Shown: positions 1-14,682, counted from the whole stretch's first letter. The stretch: 63,884 nt of DNA, filler included, from Octopus bimaculoides (GCF_001194135.2; 4 parts of 4 records of this genome joined end to end with filler, not necessarily neighbours in it); one strand, 5' to 3'. Program-made: numbers and translations. Notes: generated from the sequence alone by a model not told the origin.

Positions 1-1344
1 CGTACATACATACATGCATACATACATACATACGTACATGCATACATACATACATGCATACATACATACATACATACATACATACATACATACATACGTA
101 GATACATACATACATACATACATACATACGTACGTACATACATACATACATACATGCATGCACACATACATACGTACATACATACATACATAATACATAC
201 ATACATATGCACCAAATGTCAATTCCTGAAGTAAAATTGTGTAGCAACACCAAATGGCGGTGCCCCAGCATGGCCACAACTCATGAGCTGAAACTAGATC
301 AAATGAAAAAAAAATGAAAATGAAAATATATGTATGCATGTATGTATGTATGTATGTATGTATGTATGTATGTATATTAAATCGAGGATTCAAGATAAAG
401 ACCTGGAAAATAAATAAATAGAAAGACAATGGTAATATATGCAGAAACAGCGAAATAAATCCGAAGACAAACTATGAGCATACAGGATCCAGGAGAAGCA
501 TGCACGGAAGAACTCTGGAAAGAAAGATTGGTAACCAAAAAAAAAAACAAAAAAAAAACTAAAACACAAAAGTAACTTCGAAAGATCAAAAGAAGAAACA
601 CAGTAAATGTTTTGTTTTTTTTGTGTGAAGGGGGGGAGGGTTGGTTTTTTTGGTTTTTATTTTCGTTAGTTCTAGATCTTCACGATTAAGTCGTTCATGN
701 NNNNNNNNNNNNNNNNNNNNNNNNNNNNNNNNNNNNNNNNNNNNNNNNNNNNNNNNNNNNNNNNNNNNNNNNNNNNNNNNNNNNNNNNNNNNNNNNNNNN
801 NNNNNNNNNNNNNNNNNNNNNNNNNNNNNNNNNNNNNNNNNNNNNNNNNNNNNNNNNNNNNNNNNNNNNNNNNNNNNNNNNNNNNNNNNNNNNNNNNNNN
901 NNNNNNNNNNNNNNNNNNNNNNNNNNNNNNNNNNNNNNNNNNNNNNNNNNNNNNNNNNNNNNNNNNNNNNNNNNNNNNNNNNNNNNNNNNNNNNNNNNNN
1001 NNNNNNNNNNNNNNNNNNNNNNNNNNNNNNNNNNNNNNNNNNNNNNNNNNNNNNNNNNNNNNNNNNNNNNNNNNNNNNNNNNNNNNNNNNNNNNNNNNNN
1101 NNNNNNNNNNNNNNNNNNNNNNNNNNNNNNNNNNNNNNNNNNNNNNNNNNNNNNNNNNNNNNNNNNNNNNNNNNNNNNNNNNNNNNNNNNNNNNNNNNNN
1201 NNNNNNNNNNNNNNNNNNNNNNNNNNNNNNNNNNNNNNNNNNNNNNNNNNNNNNNNNNNNNNNNNNNNNNNNNNNNNNNNNNNNNNNNNNNNNNNNNNNN
1301 NNNNNNNNNNNNNNNNNNNNNNNNNNNNNNNNNNNNNNNNNNNN

Positions 1345-1378
<34 letters not shown>

Positions 1379-1536
1379 TGTATATGCGTATGTATAAGTG
1401 TGTGTGTATATGCCTATGCGTCTGTCCTTGTGAGTTTTTCGGTACGCATACATTCACGTAAATATGCATATATATACATGTATATTATATACAATACATG
1501 CACGAACATATGTGTATATATAAGTATATATATATT

Positions 1537-1568
<32 letters not shown>

Positions 1569-1892
1569 CTTCACTCCACCCTCCCTCTCTTATGGAAATG
1601 GAAGAATTTCGATAAGGACTTCATCGGAGAGAAACATTTCTTACTCGCCTCGATCTTCTCCAGAACCCTCCAACATACAGTAAAAGGGGGTCAGTGAAAC
1701 TATCTTTATTAAAAAAAGAAACTCATTTGACCGCCGGATTCTTTCTACTCTTGATACTGAGCATTCAAAGTAGCTCCACATGACGACTACGGCCGGACAC
1801 TGAATCGAGTACGCGAAGATTAGTTTCATTATTTAGCTTAGATCTGTGATACGCCTAACAGACGATACTTTCCTGCCTATGAAGCTTATCGT

Positions 1893-2218
1893 GAAGGCGC
1901 GTGGCTTAGTGGTTAGGGCATTCGGCTCACGATCGAAATGTCGTGAGTTCAATTCCCGGCGACGCGTTGTCTCCTTGAGCAAGACACTTTATTTCACGTT
2001 GATCCAGTCCACTCAGCTGGCAGAAATGAGTCGTACCTGTATTTCAAAAGGGGCCGGTCTTGTCACACTGTGTCACGCTGAATCTCCCTGAGAACTACGT
2101 TAAGGGTACACGTGTCTGTGGAGTGCTCAGCCACTTGCACGTTAATTTCACTAGCAAGTTGATCCGTTGATCGTATCAGCTGGGACGCTCGTCGTCGTAA
2201 CCGACGGAGTGCTCCTTG
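1893..2218 (+). mobile_element. Full-length tRNA-derived SINE (family A, CORE-like) with 14-bp target-site duplication
   Basis: A-box-like TGGCTTAGTGG and B-box-like GAGTTCAATTCC, then CCTTGAGCAAGACACTT, which resembles the CORE domain. Exact direct repeat ATGAAGCTTATCGT at 1879-1892 and 2219-2232. Confidence 0.9.
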
Positions 2219-2351
2219 ATGAAGCTTATCGTCGAATCTCAGCCTCTATCGGTAGCATTGCCACGTCTGGCATTCCTAGAAATTGTTCATAGTCATTAAA
2301 ATTATCATTAAAATTATTATTCTTGTTGTTGCTGTTGTTGTTACTGTTGTT

Positions 2352-2570
2352 AAGGCGGCGAGCTGGTGGGATGGTTAGCACGCCGAACGAAATGCTTAGC
2401 GGTATTTCGCAAGTCACTTCGTTGTGAGTTCAAATTCCACCGAGGTCGACTTTGACTTTCATCCTTTCGGATTTGATAAATTAAGTACCAGTGAAACACT
2501 GCGGTCGATGTAATCGACTCATCCCCGCACAACCCTGAAAATTTCAGACGTTGTGCCTTTAGTAGAAAGG
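2352..2570 (+). mobile_element. tRNA-derived SINE family C, full length, with (ATT)n tail
   Basis: Head AAGGCGGCGAGCTGG, B-box GAGTTCAAATTCC, body GTCGACTTTGACTTTCATCCTTTCGG..ATAAATTAAGTACCAG..GGTCGATGTAATCGAC. The same body recurs more than 10 times in the window. Confidence 0.9.
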
Positions 2571-2652
<82 letters not shown>

Positions 2653-2658
<6 letters not shown>

Positions 2659-2735
2659 AGTTTTATTTTTCTAACGTGCTTTCACTTCTCTACCGAGCGC
2701 AGCTCTGTGTGTCGTGGGTATGTGCTTTTGTTTGC
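2653..2735 (-). mobile_element. Short element embedded in (TAA)n (copy 1); probable 3' end of a non-LTR retroposon
   Basis: 63/69 identical to 26238-26306. (TTA)n on both sides. On the minus strand it ends in AAAAATAAAACTCCTGAA(TAA)n. Confidence 0.7.
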
Positions 2736-2796
<61 letters not shown>

Positions 2797-3381
2797 GTAG
2801 CTTTGTCATTTTAATTTTGAGCTGTCAGTGAACAAGCGAACCCAGTTATGCGCATCTGGGGTATGTGTGATGTTTTGTTTTAATTTTTCCGACTGTTTTT
2901 GTCTCTTGTATCATAACCATCAACATCGTCTCCACCACCACCACCACCACCACCATCACCATCATCGTTTATAGTCATCATCCGCAGCAACATTAACCGA
3001 TATTATTTTCTTTAAATGTTGGATGGCGCCAGTAGTCTAAATTATTAGGACACTTTGCAGAAGAATTCTCAATCACCACTCTCTTGTCATCCACAGAAAA
3101 TAGGAAAAACAACCGCAGCAACAACAACCACATAGAAATCTAACTTATATTATTGCATCGAAACATCACAACATTTGTGCTTTTCATATTTTTTTTCTCT
3201 CTCTCTCTCTCACTTTCTTCACTCTTTCGCTTCTTTTTTTTTCTTTTCCTTTTCTTTTTTCTTCTCTCCTTTTGTCATCAATTACATTTCACGAGGTCCT
3301 TCAACCAATTGCTCTGGGATTTAAAATTCTTAAAGAAACTATTATAAAAAGTAAAGAAACGGCTGTTATCATTATTATTAC

Positions 3382-3438
<57 letters not shown>

Positions 3439-3522
3439 CACCATCATTACTCTTATTGTTGTTTTTGTTATTTCTAACATTATTTTCTCTATTCATCTTT
3501 TCTTCTTCTTCTTCTTCTTCTT

Positions 3523-3623
<101 letters not shown>

Positions 3624-3886
3624 GCGTATCTTGGAAGAATCACTTCGAATTCGTTTTGTTTTCAATCTAAATACCTTTACAAATTCCATTTCCACAAGTT
3701 GTCTGGTGTTTCTCTCTTTTTTTTTTCATTTCATTTACGAGTAACTGTTTACTCTGCTAGAAATAGGAAGCAAATTCTTCCTTTAACTCAATATCAACCA
3801 TTCTAACGTCTTAAGAAAAAAAAAAAGGAAAACTTCTTAGATGATGCAAAGCTGGAAAGTATTTGAAATAATCGGACGATCTATAC

Positions 3887-3975
3887 CAGTCGTAGACAAA
3901 CTGCGGCCCATGGGACATTTGGAAGGGGAAAACTACGAAAAGTTATATAGAAATTATTTTAGTTGTGCGGCCCGC
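3887..3975 (+). mobile_element. Possible hAT-type DNA transposon/MITE terminus
   Basis: CAGTCGTAGACAAACTGCGGCCC and a later TGTGCGGCCCGC resemble hAT (Charlie-like) ends. No partner terminus identified. Confidence 0.3.
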
Positions 3976-4337
3976 CTGATAATGAATAACTTGTCACGTG
4001 GTTCGTTTCTCGAAAATATTTGACAATGTCTGATTTATGATATTTTTGATCGTCTAAAAATGGCAGCTAAATATTTCTCAAATCACACTCTACCATCAGT
4101 AAATAATGCAAGCTATTAAATAGACAGTATGGTCATGCTTGGAGTGCATTGGTCATAGGACTGTATAATCAAGAGGATTGTCTACGATAATGATAATAGA
4201 AATTGAAAAGGATGTGGCATCTCAAGGCGACTACCGTACCAGTGATTGTAGGATCTCTAGAAATGATAAAAATAAAAGGTACTGAAACCTAGTTGAAAAT
4301 GATACCAGGCTTACCATCCTTACAGGAAGTGCAAAAA

Positions 4338-4411
<74 letters not shown>

Positions 4412-5402
4412 GTGTGTAAAGTTGTACTGGGGTCGATTTGTTTAACGGAAACCATACAAGGTGTCGGTGCTCCAGCATGGACGCAGTCCGTTGACTGAGA
4501 CAAGTAACAGATAAAACATACAATATTAAAAATCGTCTCCAATATATTAAATGAGAACGAATCAACAACTATCCGCAATTAACAAACGATTTGAGTCCTT
4601 CCTGATTCGAAGAAGAGATTTAACTATTAGTTCTAGCAGTTCAACTAAAGCCACCACCTGCAGAGACTCGGCATCGCTGGCTTTTATCACTGGTATATGC
4701 ATATAAATAAATTCCACCAAGAAAAGCGATGGCATAATCTAGAAAAATAAATATACGATGCAGTATAATAAAATGTAATATGATAGAAAATAATATAATA
4801 TAGTGTAATATGGTATAGTATAATATAATATAATATTACATAACATAATAAAATAAAAATATATATATAATATCAGTACAGTCGTATCACATCGCTTCTG
4901 GAATAAACACTTCAGAAACATTTGCTTTGCGTAGGAAGAAATAATTATAAAGATGTGTGTACGGTGTGTGTGTGTGTGACGTATATGAATATGTATCTAT
5001 GTATGTATGCATATATGTGTAAGTGTGTATCTGTATATGTCTATATATATGTGTGTATGTGTGTATGTATATGTGTGTGTATATACGTTTATATGTGAAT
5101 GAAGAAATGTGTGTGTGTGTGCGTATATATATATATATATATATATATACATACATATATACATATATTCATACGTACATATATATACATATATATGTGT
5201 GTATGTGTGTGCATATGTGTGGTATATATGAATATGCATCTATGTATGTATGCATATATGTGCAAGTGTGTATCTCTATGTGCCTATACGTATGTGTGTA
5301 TGTGTATGTATGTATGCATAAATAGGAATATAAATACATGTATATATTAATACATGATAGCTATACATATTTATTAACGCGAATATATATACTTAAATGT
5401 AA

Positions 5403-5478
<76 letters not shown>

Positions 5479-6187
5479 ATATNNNNNNNNNNNNNNNNNN
5501 NNNNNNNNNNNNNNNNNNNNNNNNNNNNNNNNNNNNNNNNNNNNNNNNNNNNNNNNNNNNNNNNNNNNNNNNNNNNNNNNNNNNNNNNNNNNNNNNNNNN
5601 NNNNNNNNNNNNNNNNNNNNNNNNNNNNNNNNNNNNNNNNNNNNNNNNNNNNNNNNNNNNNNNNNNNNNNNNNNNNNNNNNNNNNNNNNNNNNNNNNNNN
5701 NNNNNNNNNNNNNNNNNNNNNNNNNNNNNNNNNNNNNNNNNNNNNNNNNNNNNNNNNNNNNNNNNNNNNNNNNNNNNNNNNNNNNNNNNNNNNNNNNNNN
5801 NNNNNNNNNNNNNNNNNNNNNNNNNNNNNNNNNNNNNNNNNNNNNNNNNNNNNNNNNNNNNNNNNNNNNNNNNNNNNNNNNNNNNNNNNNNNNNNNNNNN
5901 NNNNNNNNNNNNNNNNNNNNNNNNNNNNNNNNNNNNNNNNNNNNNNNNNNNNNNNNNNNNNNNNNNNNNNNNNNNNNNNNNNNNNNNNNNNNNNNNNNNN
6001 NNNNNNNNNNNNNNNNNNNNNNNNNNNNNNNNNNNNNNNNNNNNNNNNNNNNNNNNNNNNNNNNNNNNNNNNNNNNNNNNNNNNNNNNNNNNNNNNNNNN
6101 NNNNNNNNNNNNNNNNNNNNNNNNNNNNNNNNNNNNNNNNNNNNNNNNNNNNNNNNNNNNNNNNNNNNNNNNNNNNNNNNNNNNNNN

Positions 6188-6223
<36 letters not shown>

Positions 6224-6419
6224 CTTATACAAACACATGCACACATGTATAATAAAATGTCCCTTTTGTACAGCTTAGATACGTCGGAATGTGAGAAAGA
6301 ATGTGCAATGTAAAAAATATGGCAAAGCTGATTTGATGATATTTAAAAGAACCCAGCCTCATCTCACCATCCTTTTGCTTCTTTGTATATTAATGACAAC
6401 AAATACAAGAACAGTGGTC

Positions 6420-6826
6420 ATAATAAAATGAAAGATGAGGATGATGATGATGATGATGATGATAGTAAGAATAATAATAATAATAATAGTAATAATAATA
6501 ATAATAATTATAGTTGTAATAATAAAGGATGAAAATGATAGCGACAATGATAATAAAAATGATAACAAATTTAAAGAAATATAATGACAATGATAGTGTT
6601 TAGGATAGTAATAATAATAACAATAATAATAATGATAATAATAATGACAATAATAATAATGATGATAATGAAAGCTAACATTAATAATAGTATTAATTGC
6701 AATAAATTGTTGATAATGGTGATAATGATGTTAATGATAAAAGTAATAAAAAATAATAAAACAAATAAAAGACAAGAATAATAAACTTAACAATAAGATG
6801 AGGAATAAGAATATGATGATGATGAT

Positions 6827-6857
<31 letters not shown>

Positions 6858-6930
6858 AGGAAGAGGAAGAGGAGGACGACGAATATAATGTTGACGAAGG
6901 TGATGACGATGACAATGATGTTGACGATCA

Positions 6931-6965
<35 letters not shown>

Positions 6966-7010
6966 ATGATGATAACCAAAATAATTATTATATTGATAAT
7001 GGTAATATGA
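6420..7010. repeat. Compound trinucleotide microsatellite tract (TAA/TGA/GGA/GAC)
   Basis: Runs of AAT, GAT, GAG and GAC read directly from the sequence. Confidence 0.9.
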
Positions 7011-7411
7011 ATGTAAATTTATACGGTAAAATTTTGATGCGATCTACGGTTACTAGAGTTTACATAATATCAAGCTATAAAACTCCCCCAGAGCGTACAC
7101 ATACCCATATAGATTTCCATCCATCCATCCATCCATCCATCCATATCTCCAAACATACATACATACATACATATATACATACCCATACATGCGTACAAAC
7201 ACAGATACACGCACGTGTACACTCACTAGGTACATATACACTCGGACTGACTCGGAAAAGCTTAGTCATAGATAAATATAACGCATTTAAAGATATATAC
7301 GTCCATATAAACACACAGACAGACAGACACACAAGCATGTATTTGTACATACATACATACATTCGTGGACAAATATGAAATTATACATATATATATATAT
7401 ATATGTATCAT

Positions 7412-7444
<33 letters not shown>

Positions 7445-8265
7445 ATATATACATACATATATATATATACATACACGCACACACACACACACTATGTACA
7501 TGCATGTATATGAATATGTACATGAACATATGTATACACTTATACGTATCTATATTTTTCTCCCTCTCTCTCTCCGCCTCTCTCNNNNNNNNNNNNNNNN
7601 NNNNNNNNNNNNNNNNNNNNNNNNNNNNNNNNNNNNNNNNNNNNNNNNNNNNNNNNNNNNNNNNNNNNNNNNNNNNNNNNNNNNNNNNNNNNNNNNNNNN
7701 NNNNNNNNNNNNNNNNNNNNNNNNNNNNNNNNNNNNNNNNNNNNNNNNNNNNNNNNNNNNNNNNNNNNNNNNNNNNNNNNNNNNNNNNNNNNNNNNNNNN
7801 NNNNNNNNNNNNNNNNNNNNNNNNNNNNNNNNNNNNNNNNNNNNNNNNNNNNNNNNNNNNNNNNNNNNNNNNNNNNNNNNNNNNNNNNNNNNNNNNNNNN
7901 NNNNNNNNNNNNNNNNNNNNNNNNNNNNNNNNNNNNNNNNNNNNNNNNNNNNNNNNNNNNNNNNNNNNNNNNNNNNNNNNNNNNNNNNNNNNNNNNNNNN
8001 NNNNNNNNNNNNNNNNNNNNNNNNNNNNNNNNNNNNNNNNNNNNNNNNNNNNNNNNNNNNNNNNNNNNNNNNNNNNNNNNNNNNNNNNNNNNNNNNNNNN
8101 NNNNNNNNNNNNNNNNNNNNNNNNNNNNNNNNNNNNNNNNNNNNNNNNNNNNNNNNNNNNNNNNNNNNNNNNNNNNNNNNNNATGAGAGTGAGAAACATA
8201 CATATCTGAATATGTATATATACTTACATACGCACACATATGTATGTGTGTGTGTGTATGCATGT

Positions 8266-8324
<59 letters not shown>

Positions 8325-8437
8325 CATTTCCTTTATTAGCCACACATGGCTGAACAAAGATGGGACAAATACAATGAAGAGCTTTTCTTTGTGGGAGGGG
8401 GAATGGAAAGAGAAAAAAAAGATAGATAGACAGATGT

Positions 8438-8486
<49 letters not shown>

Positions 8487-10329
8487 CGGATGGATGGATG
8501 GATGGATAGATAGATAGATTAAAGCAGAAATGAAAAGGCAAGCAGTTTGTCAATATGTGACAGGTACATTCAATTTAACTATATAATAAAAGGTTTAATT
8601 TGCCTCGACAGCTGTTTCTAGAATATCCTAACCATCAGAATATCGCGTCCAGCATGGGATCCAAAGACTAAGTATACCGTCATCAGAGAAGAAATCTACA
8701 TACACACATGAACAGACAGAAGGAGAGAGAGAGGTGAAGAGAGTGAGAGAGAGGGGGGAGGGTGAAGGGAGAGGGGGGAAGAGAGTGAAAAAGAAAGACA
8801 GAAAGAATGAGAGAAGGGGGAGAGAGAGACAAAGAGAGAGATTACAGTTGATCAACTGAAGCGACACAGACAGAGAAAGCGAAGAATCAGTCATTTAAAA
8901 TGACAAATACACTGAAACACGATCGTTCTTTCCTAGCTTCTTTACTTTTAACAATGAAGGAGATGGAACAACGTTTAGTAATGAATAGAGGGAAAGTCTT
9001 TCAGGTGTTTCCATTTTCCTTCTGGGAGTTCTGAAACGATCGACTGGGAAACGATCTCTCTTTTTTACCCACACCTCCGGTACTTATTCGCCTTCTGCCA
9101 TAGTTCTTCATGTCTTTCAGTTGGGGGGAAACACCTTGTTTATGTTTTTTTTTTCAGGCACGTTTACCATTTCCTCTACAAACTACAGACAATTTTCCTC
9201 CGCCCCCACTTACGTTTTTTTTGTTTGTCATATACAAAATCTAATGCAAATTTCGAACGGGGTATAGCAGTGAAAAGAACCCAGGAAAATGGATAATACC
9301 TGCTACAAAATGGGTGGGGGAGAAAATTCAACTGTATACATTCACCTGGGGGCGACCAAAGAAATCCTGAGTCGGTTTCATAGACGGAAACTGAAAGAAG
9401 CCCCTCATATATGTACATATATANNNNNNNNNNNNNNNNNNNNNNNNNNNNNNNNNNNNNNNNNNNNNNNNNNNNNNNNNNNNNNNNNNNNNNNNNNNNN
9501 NNNNNNNNNNNNNNNNNNNNNNNNNNNNNNNNNNNNNNNNNNNNNNNNNNNNNNNNNNNNNNNNNNNNNNNNNNNNNNNNNNNNNNNNNNNNNNNNNNNN
9601 NNNNNNNNNNNNNNNNNATATATATATGTACATATATTTTGTGTGGTTGTCATGATAGTGATGATGGTGAGGAGGAGGAGTAGGAGGATGACAATGACGA
9701 TGATGATGATGATGATGAGGATGTTGATGATGATGATGGTGAAGTAGACGACGATGACGATGTCGACGATGACGAACATCTTGTTGGGTGTATTTGTGAT
9801 ATTTGCAAGTTTCTGAATCTTTAAAACAGATTTAGGTTGGATTTAAATAAGGAAATTAACATTTTCGTTTCTATGACGATTGCAGCATTCGTCGTCGTCG
9901 TCATCGTCATCGTCGTCGTCGTCATCGTCGTCGTCGTCGTCGTTGTCGTCTTCGTCGTCGTTGTTTTTATTGTTGTTGCTTTTGTATTCGTTGCAGTCCT
10001 TGTCATCGCTGTTTATGGTGTTTTCGTCATTGTTGTTATTCGTTTTTGTCGTCGTCGTTTTTGTTGTTGTTATTGCTGTTGTTGTTGTTTGCTATTAATG
10101 TTGATTATATTTTTCCTTTAATTACGTAATTGTCTATTACTTCTCATTCAACTTCTGATGCTTTTGTTTCCAAATGCTGTTAGATATCTCGACTTTTCTT
10201 GGTTTTGTTGCTGTTGTTTTGCTGTGGTTGTTGTTGACGTTGTAGCTGCCGTAGTTACTGTTATTCTTTTGTTGTAATGTACTGATTTTATTATTGCTGT
10301 TGTTGTTACTTGTTTACTCAAGAACACAA

Positions 10330-10668
10330 AACACCGCCCGATCCAGGAACCGAAACGAGATCTTACATTCGGGAGTGCGACGCCCTTATGACACTAAGCG
10401 GGGTTCCGGTCCATGCAGCTTTAAATTTCCAGTTATTGTCAGAAATTATTCATTGCTGAGTAAACTACAGCAACGTAAAATGAAATACTTTGTTCGCCAA
10501 CAGAACGTTCCGGCCGGCCAGGGAATCGAACCCATAATCGTGTAATCTTCGGTGTAGCGCATTTTAAACTTGTATGAGACGCCAGTTCATCACACGGTCA
10601 TCTTCCTTGCCATTTACTAAAACGCTGTTATTCATAGCTGAGTGAACTGCAGCAACGTAAAACGAAAT
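10330..10668 (-). mobile_element. Cluster of decayed family A/D SINE fragments
   Basis: The reverse complement contains GGGTTCGATTCCC (B-box) and TTTTACGTTGCT..GTTCACTCAGCT modules, the latter twice. Confidence 0.55.
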
Positions 10669-10804
10669 ATTTAATTTATCACCCATGAAAGGATAAAAGG
10701 AAAAGTGGACCTCGGCGGAATTTGAACTCAGAATGTAAAGACAGACGAAACACCGCTATGCGTTTCACGCAGCGTGCTAACGTTTCTGCCAACTCGCCAC
10801 CTTA
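10669..10804 (-). mobile_element. SINE family C (5' half), followed by the 3' part of another copy at about 10817-10911
   Basis: GAAAGGATAAAAGGAAAAGTGGACCTCGGCGGAATTTGAACTC..GCTAACGTTTCTGCCAACTCGCCACCTT is the reverse complement of the family C head and body. Confidence 0.85.
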
Positions 10805-11907
10805 AAAAATATTTTTATTCTTTTCTACTCTAGGCACAAAACTCGAAATCTTTGGGGAGGAGGCCAGTCGTTTAGATAGACTTCAGTACGCAAAAGGGAC
10901 TTAAATTATCGNNNNNNNNNNNNNNNNNNNNNNNNNNNNNNNNNNNNNNNNNNNNNNNNNNNNNNNNNNNNNNNNNNNNNNNNNNNNNNNNNNNNNNNNN
11001 NNNNNNNNNNNNNNNNNNNNNNNNNNNNNNNNNNNNNNNNNNNNNNNNNNNNNNNNNNNNNNNNNNNNNNNNNNNNNNNNNNNNNNNNNNNNNNNNNNNN
11101 NNNNNNNNNNNNNNNNNNNNNNNNNNNNNNNNNNNNNNNNNNNNNNNNNNNNNNNNNNNNNNNNNNNNNNNNNNNNNNNNNNNNNNNNNNNNNNNNNNNN
11201 NNNNNNNNNNNNNNNNNNNNNNNNNNNNNNNNNNNNNNNNNNNNNNNNNNNNNNNNNNNNNNNNNNNNNNNNNNNNNNNNNNNNNNNNNNNNNNNNNNNN
11301 NNNNNNNNNNNNNNNNNNNNNNNNNNNNNNNNNNNNNNNNNNNNNNNNNNNNNNNNNNNNNNNNNNNNNNNNNNNNNNNNNNNNNNNNNNNNNNNNNNNN
11401 NNNNNNNNNNNNNNNNNNNNNNNNNNNNNNNNNNNNNNNNNNNNNNNNNNNNNNNNNNNNNNNNNNNNNNNNNNNNNNNNNNNNNNNNNNNNNNNNNNNN
11501 NNNNNNNNNNNNNNNNNNNNNNNNNNNNNNNNNNNNNNNNNNNNNNNNNNNNNNNNNNNNNNNNNNNNNNNNNNNNNNNNNNNNNNNNNNNNNNNNNNNN
11601 NNNNNNNNNNNNNNNNNNNNNNNNNNNNNNNGGGGTCGACCCCCGTCTTTCTAATAACGCTTTTAAACGGTTTCATTGTTTTTATGTAATATTTCGCCTT
11701 ATCTTTCCCCTATTTCTTCTTCCGGTCGCCATATAATTTGAAGTAACATAAATCTGTCACGTTTAAATTGCTTATTTTCTTAATTCTACATAATTTCCCT
11801 CATCCTTCATTTTTCTCCACCAATTTTCTCCCGCTTGGTATGTTGTAGCTGATTACATGCAACACTGAATTTTTTTTTACCTATAATTATATTCATTTAA
11901 AAAAAAA

Positions 11908-12143
11908 TTCTTTTATTTATTTCAGTCGTTTGGCTGCGGCCATGCTGGAGCATCTCCTTAAGTCGAACAATTCTACCCCAGGACTTATTCTTTGTGAACC
12001 TAGTACTTATTCTATCGGTATCTTATGCCGAACCGCTCTGTTACGGGGACGTAAACAAACCAACATCGGTTGTCAAGCGATGGTGGGGAACAAAAACACA
12101 CACACACACACACACGCACGCATATATATATATATATATATGT

Positions 12144-12239
<96 letters not shown>

Positions 12240-12303
12240 ACATACGACGGGCTTCTTTCAGTTTCCGTCTACCAAATCCACTCACATAGCTTTGGTCGGC
12301 CCG
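11908..12303 (-). mobile_element. SINE family B (5'-truncated) with expanded internal (CA)n(TA)n(TG)n tract
   Basis: Colinear with the full copy at 28143-28546 in reverse. The internal tract spans about 12095-12245. Confidence 0.9.
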
Positions 12304-12473
12304 CCGCCATGGTAGTAGATTGGTTATACTTCAACAAGACGCAGAGTATGTTAACATTTTTAATACAATTGCTAATTATATTTAATTATAAAAATAAAAG
12401 AATTTTCAAACATCAGATGGCTATTTCGGTCCACTCGAGCAAAACAGAAAGGAAAAGGATCCATTGACATGAT

Positions 12474-12492
12474 AAATGGTTGAGAACCACTG
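12474..12492 (-). mobile_element. hAT-like terminal inverted repeat motif CAGTGGTTCTCAACCATTT
   Basis: Matches the typical hAT end CAGNGGTTCTCAAC. A 16/19 similar copy lies at 39204-39222 (+). Confidence 0.35.
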
Positions 12493-12740
12493 AGCTACGA
12501 GCCCGAACTGGTCTTAGAAATTGTCATTAATTAGCGAAGACAGTGTAATAGTCTTGGTAACGGTTAATTAGGAACGACTGTGAACTGGTCTTGGCTATGG
12601 TTAAATAATTAGAAGCTTGGGTTTATCTTGGGCGAAAGTTTGTCACCTACGTCAACGCATCCTGTATTATTGTATATTTCTGGAAGCAAACTGTTTTGAC
12701 GTAGTATGGAAATAAAGAGTTTTGAATGATGGTGATGATA

Positions 12741-12774
<34 letters not shown>

Positions 12775-12899
12775 CGATGATGACAACGACGACGACGACG
12801 ATGATGATAATGATGATGGTGGTGGTGGTGGTGATGACAACGACGGCGATGATTATGATGGTAATGACGAGAAAGATGATGATGGTGATCAATGCTGAA

Positions 12900-12943
<44 letters not shown>

Positions 12944-14066
12944 NNNNNNNNNNNNNNNNNNNNNNNNNNNNNNNNNNNNNNNNNNNNNNNNNNNNNNNNN
13001 NNNNNNNNNNNNNNNNNNNNNNNNNNNNNNNNNNNNNNNNNNNNNNNNNNNNNNNNNNNNNNNNNNNNNNNNNNNNNNNNNNNNNNNNNNNNNNNNNNNN
13101 NNNNNNNNNNNNNNNNNNNNNNNNNNNNNNNNNNNNNNNNNNNNNNNNNNNNNNNNNNNNNNNNNNNNNNNNNNNNNNNNNNNNNNNNNNNNNNNNNNNN
13201 NNNNNNNNNNNNNNNNNNNNNNNNNNNNNNNNNNNNNNNNNNNNNNNNNNNNNNNNNNNNNNNNNNNNNNNNNNNNNNNNNNNNNNNNNNNNNNNNNNNN
13301 NNNNNNNNNNNNNNNNNNNNNNNNNNNNNNNNNNNNNNNNNNNNNNNNNNNNNNNNNNNNNNNNNNNNNNNNNNNNNNNNNNNNNNNNNNNNNNNNNNNN
13401 NNNNNNNNNNNNNNNNNNNNNNNNNNNNNNNNNNNNNNNNNNNNNNNNNNNNNNNNNNNNNNNNNNNNNNNNNNNNNNNNNNNNNNNNNNNNNNNNNNNN
13501 NNNNNNNNNNNNNNNNNNNNNNNNNNNNNNNNNNNNNNNNNNNNNNNNNNNNNNNNNNNNNNNNNNNNNNNNNNNNNNNNNNNNNNNNNNNNNNNNNNNN
13601 NNNNNNNNNNNNNNNNNNNNNNNNNNNNNNNNNNNNNNNNNNNNNNNNNNNNNNNNGTTCGTTTATCCGTTTTTACTTTTATATTAACAATCTATTTTAA
13701 AGTATTTTTATGTTTAACATTTAAATAAATTTCTAGAGCCAGTGTTTCTGTTCTTCTGTTTATCTGTCTTAAAAAAAAAAGGAAATAATATATTTATTTA
13801 TTTATTTATTTAGTTTATTATTTCTCTTCTGTATTTGCATAATTTTAATTTTGTATTGGAATTTTAAAGTTTTTGCTTAATTTATTTTTCGTGCGTGTAT
13901 GTGTTTGTGTGAGCCGTTGAGTCTATGTTAATATTAGCGCGTGTATGTATGTATGTATGTATGTATGTATGTATGTGTGTATGTTATGTATACTTGTATG
14001 TATGTATGTGTGTGTNNNNNNNNNNTGTATGTATGTATGTGTGTATGTTATGTATACTTGTATGTA

Positions 14067-14112
<46 letters not shown>

Positions 14113-14309
14113 GGAGCAGAGCGAATTTTGCAAGAAGTAAACATTATGCATGCTCAAAAATGTTGCTCGAACGCGTTCATATATATATACACAAATATAT
14201 ACCGACATATACACATACACACATTTACATACACAGACAAACACATATATATATTTCTGTGATACATAAATATAATGTGGTATGTATATGTACATACATA
14301 CATACATAC

Positions 14310-14394
<85 letters not shown>

Positions 14395-14463
14395 NNNNNN
14401 NNNNATGTATATATATATATATATATATATTAGTGTATACATATATATGTATATATATGTATG

Positions 14464-14502
<39 letters not shown>

Positions 14503-14682
14503 GCACATATACACACATACACATGCACACATATGTTGGGGCGAATTACAAGATATTTTTTTAATAATTTTGTTTTAGTTTCCTTTAAAAATACTTTAAA
14601 TTGTAATTGAGTATTTTATTTTCCTAAAAATATTTTTTCATCTTACACACATGTACACGAATTTACGACCACTACTACTACA

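Noticed and set aside
1893-1965. tRNA-like sequence (also the heads of families B and C)
   Set aside because: Each continues into a SINE body, has no closing acceptor stem and is multicopy. These are SINE heads, not tRNA genes.
9640-10090. Apparent inverted repeat between GAT/GAC and GTC/GTT tracts (similar case at 39810-39990 with CCAG/CTGG)
   Set aside because: The complementarity comes only from low-complexity repeats and is expected at this microsatellite density.
13962-14080. Duplicated TGTATGTTATGTATACTTG block
   Set aside because: It lies on either side of a 10-N gap within microsatellite; assembly overlap.
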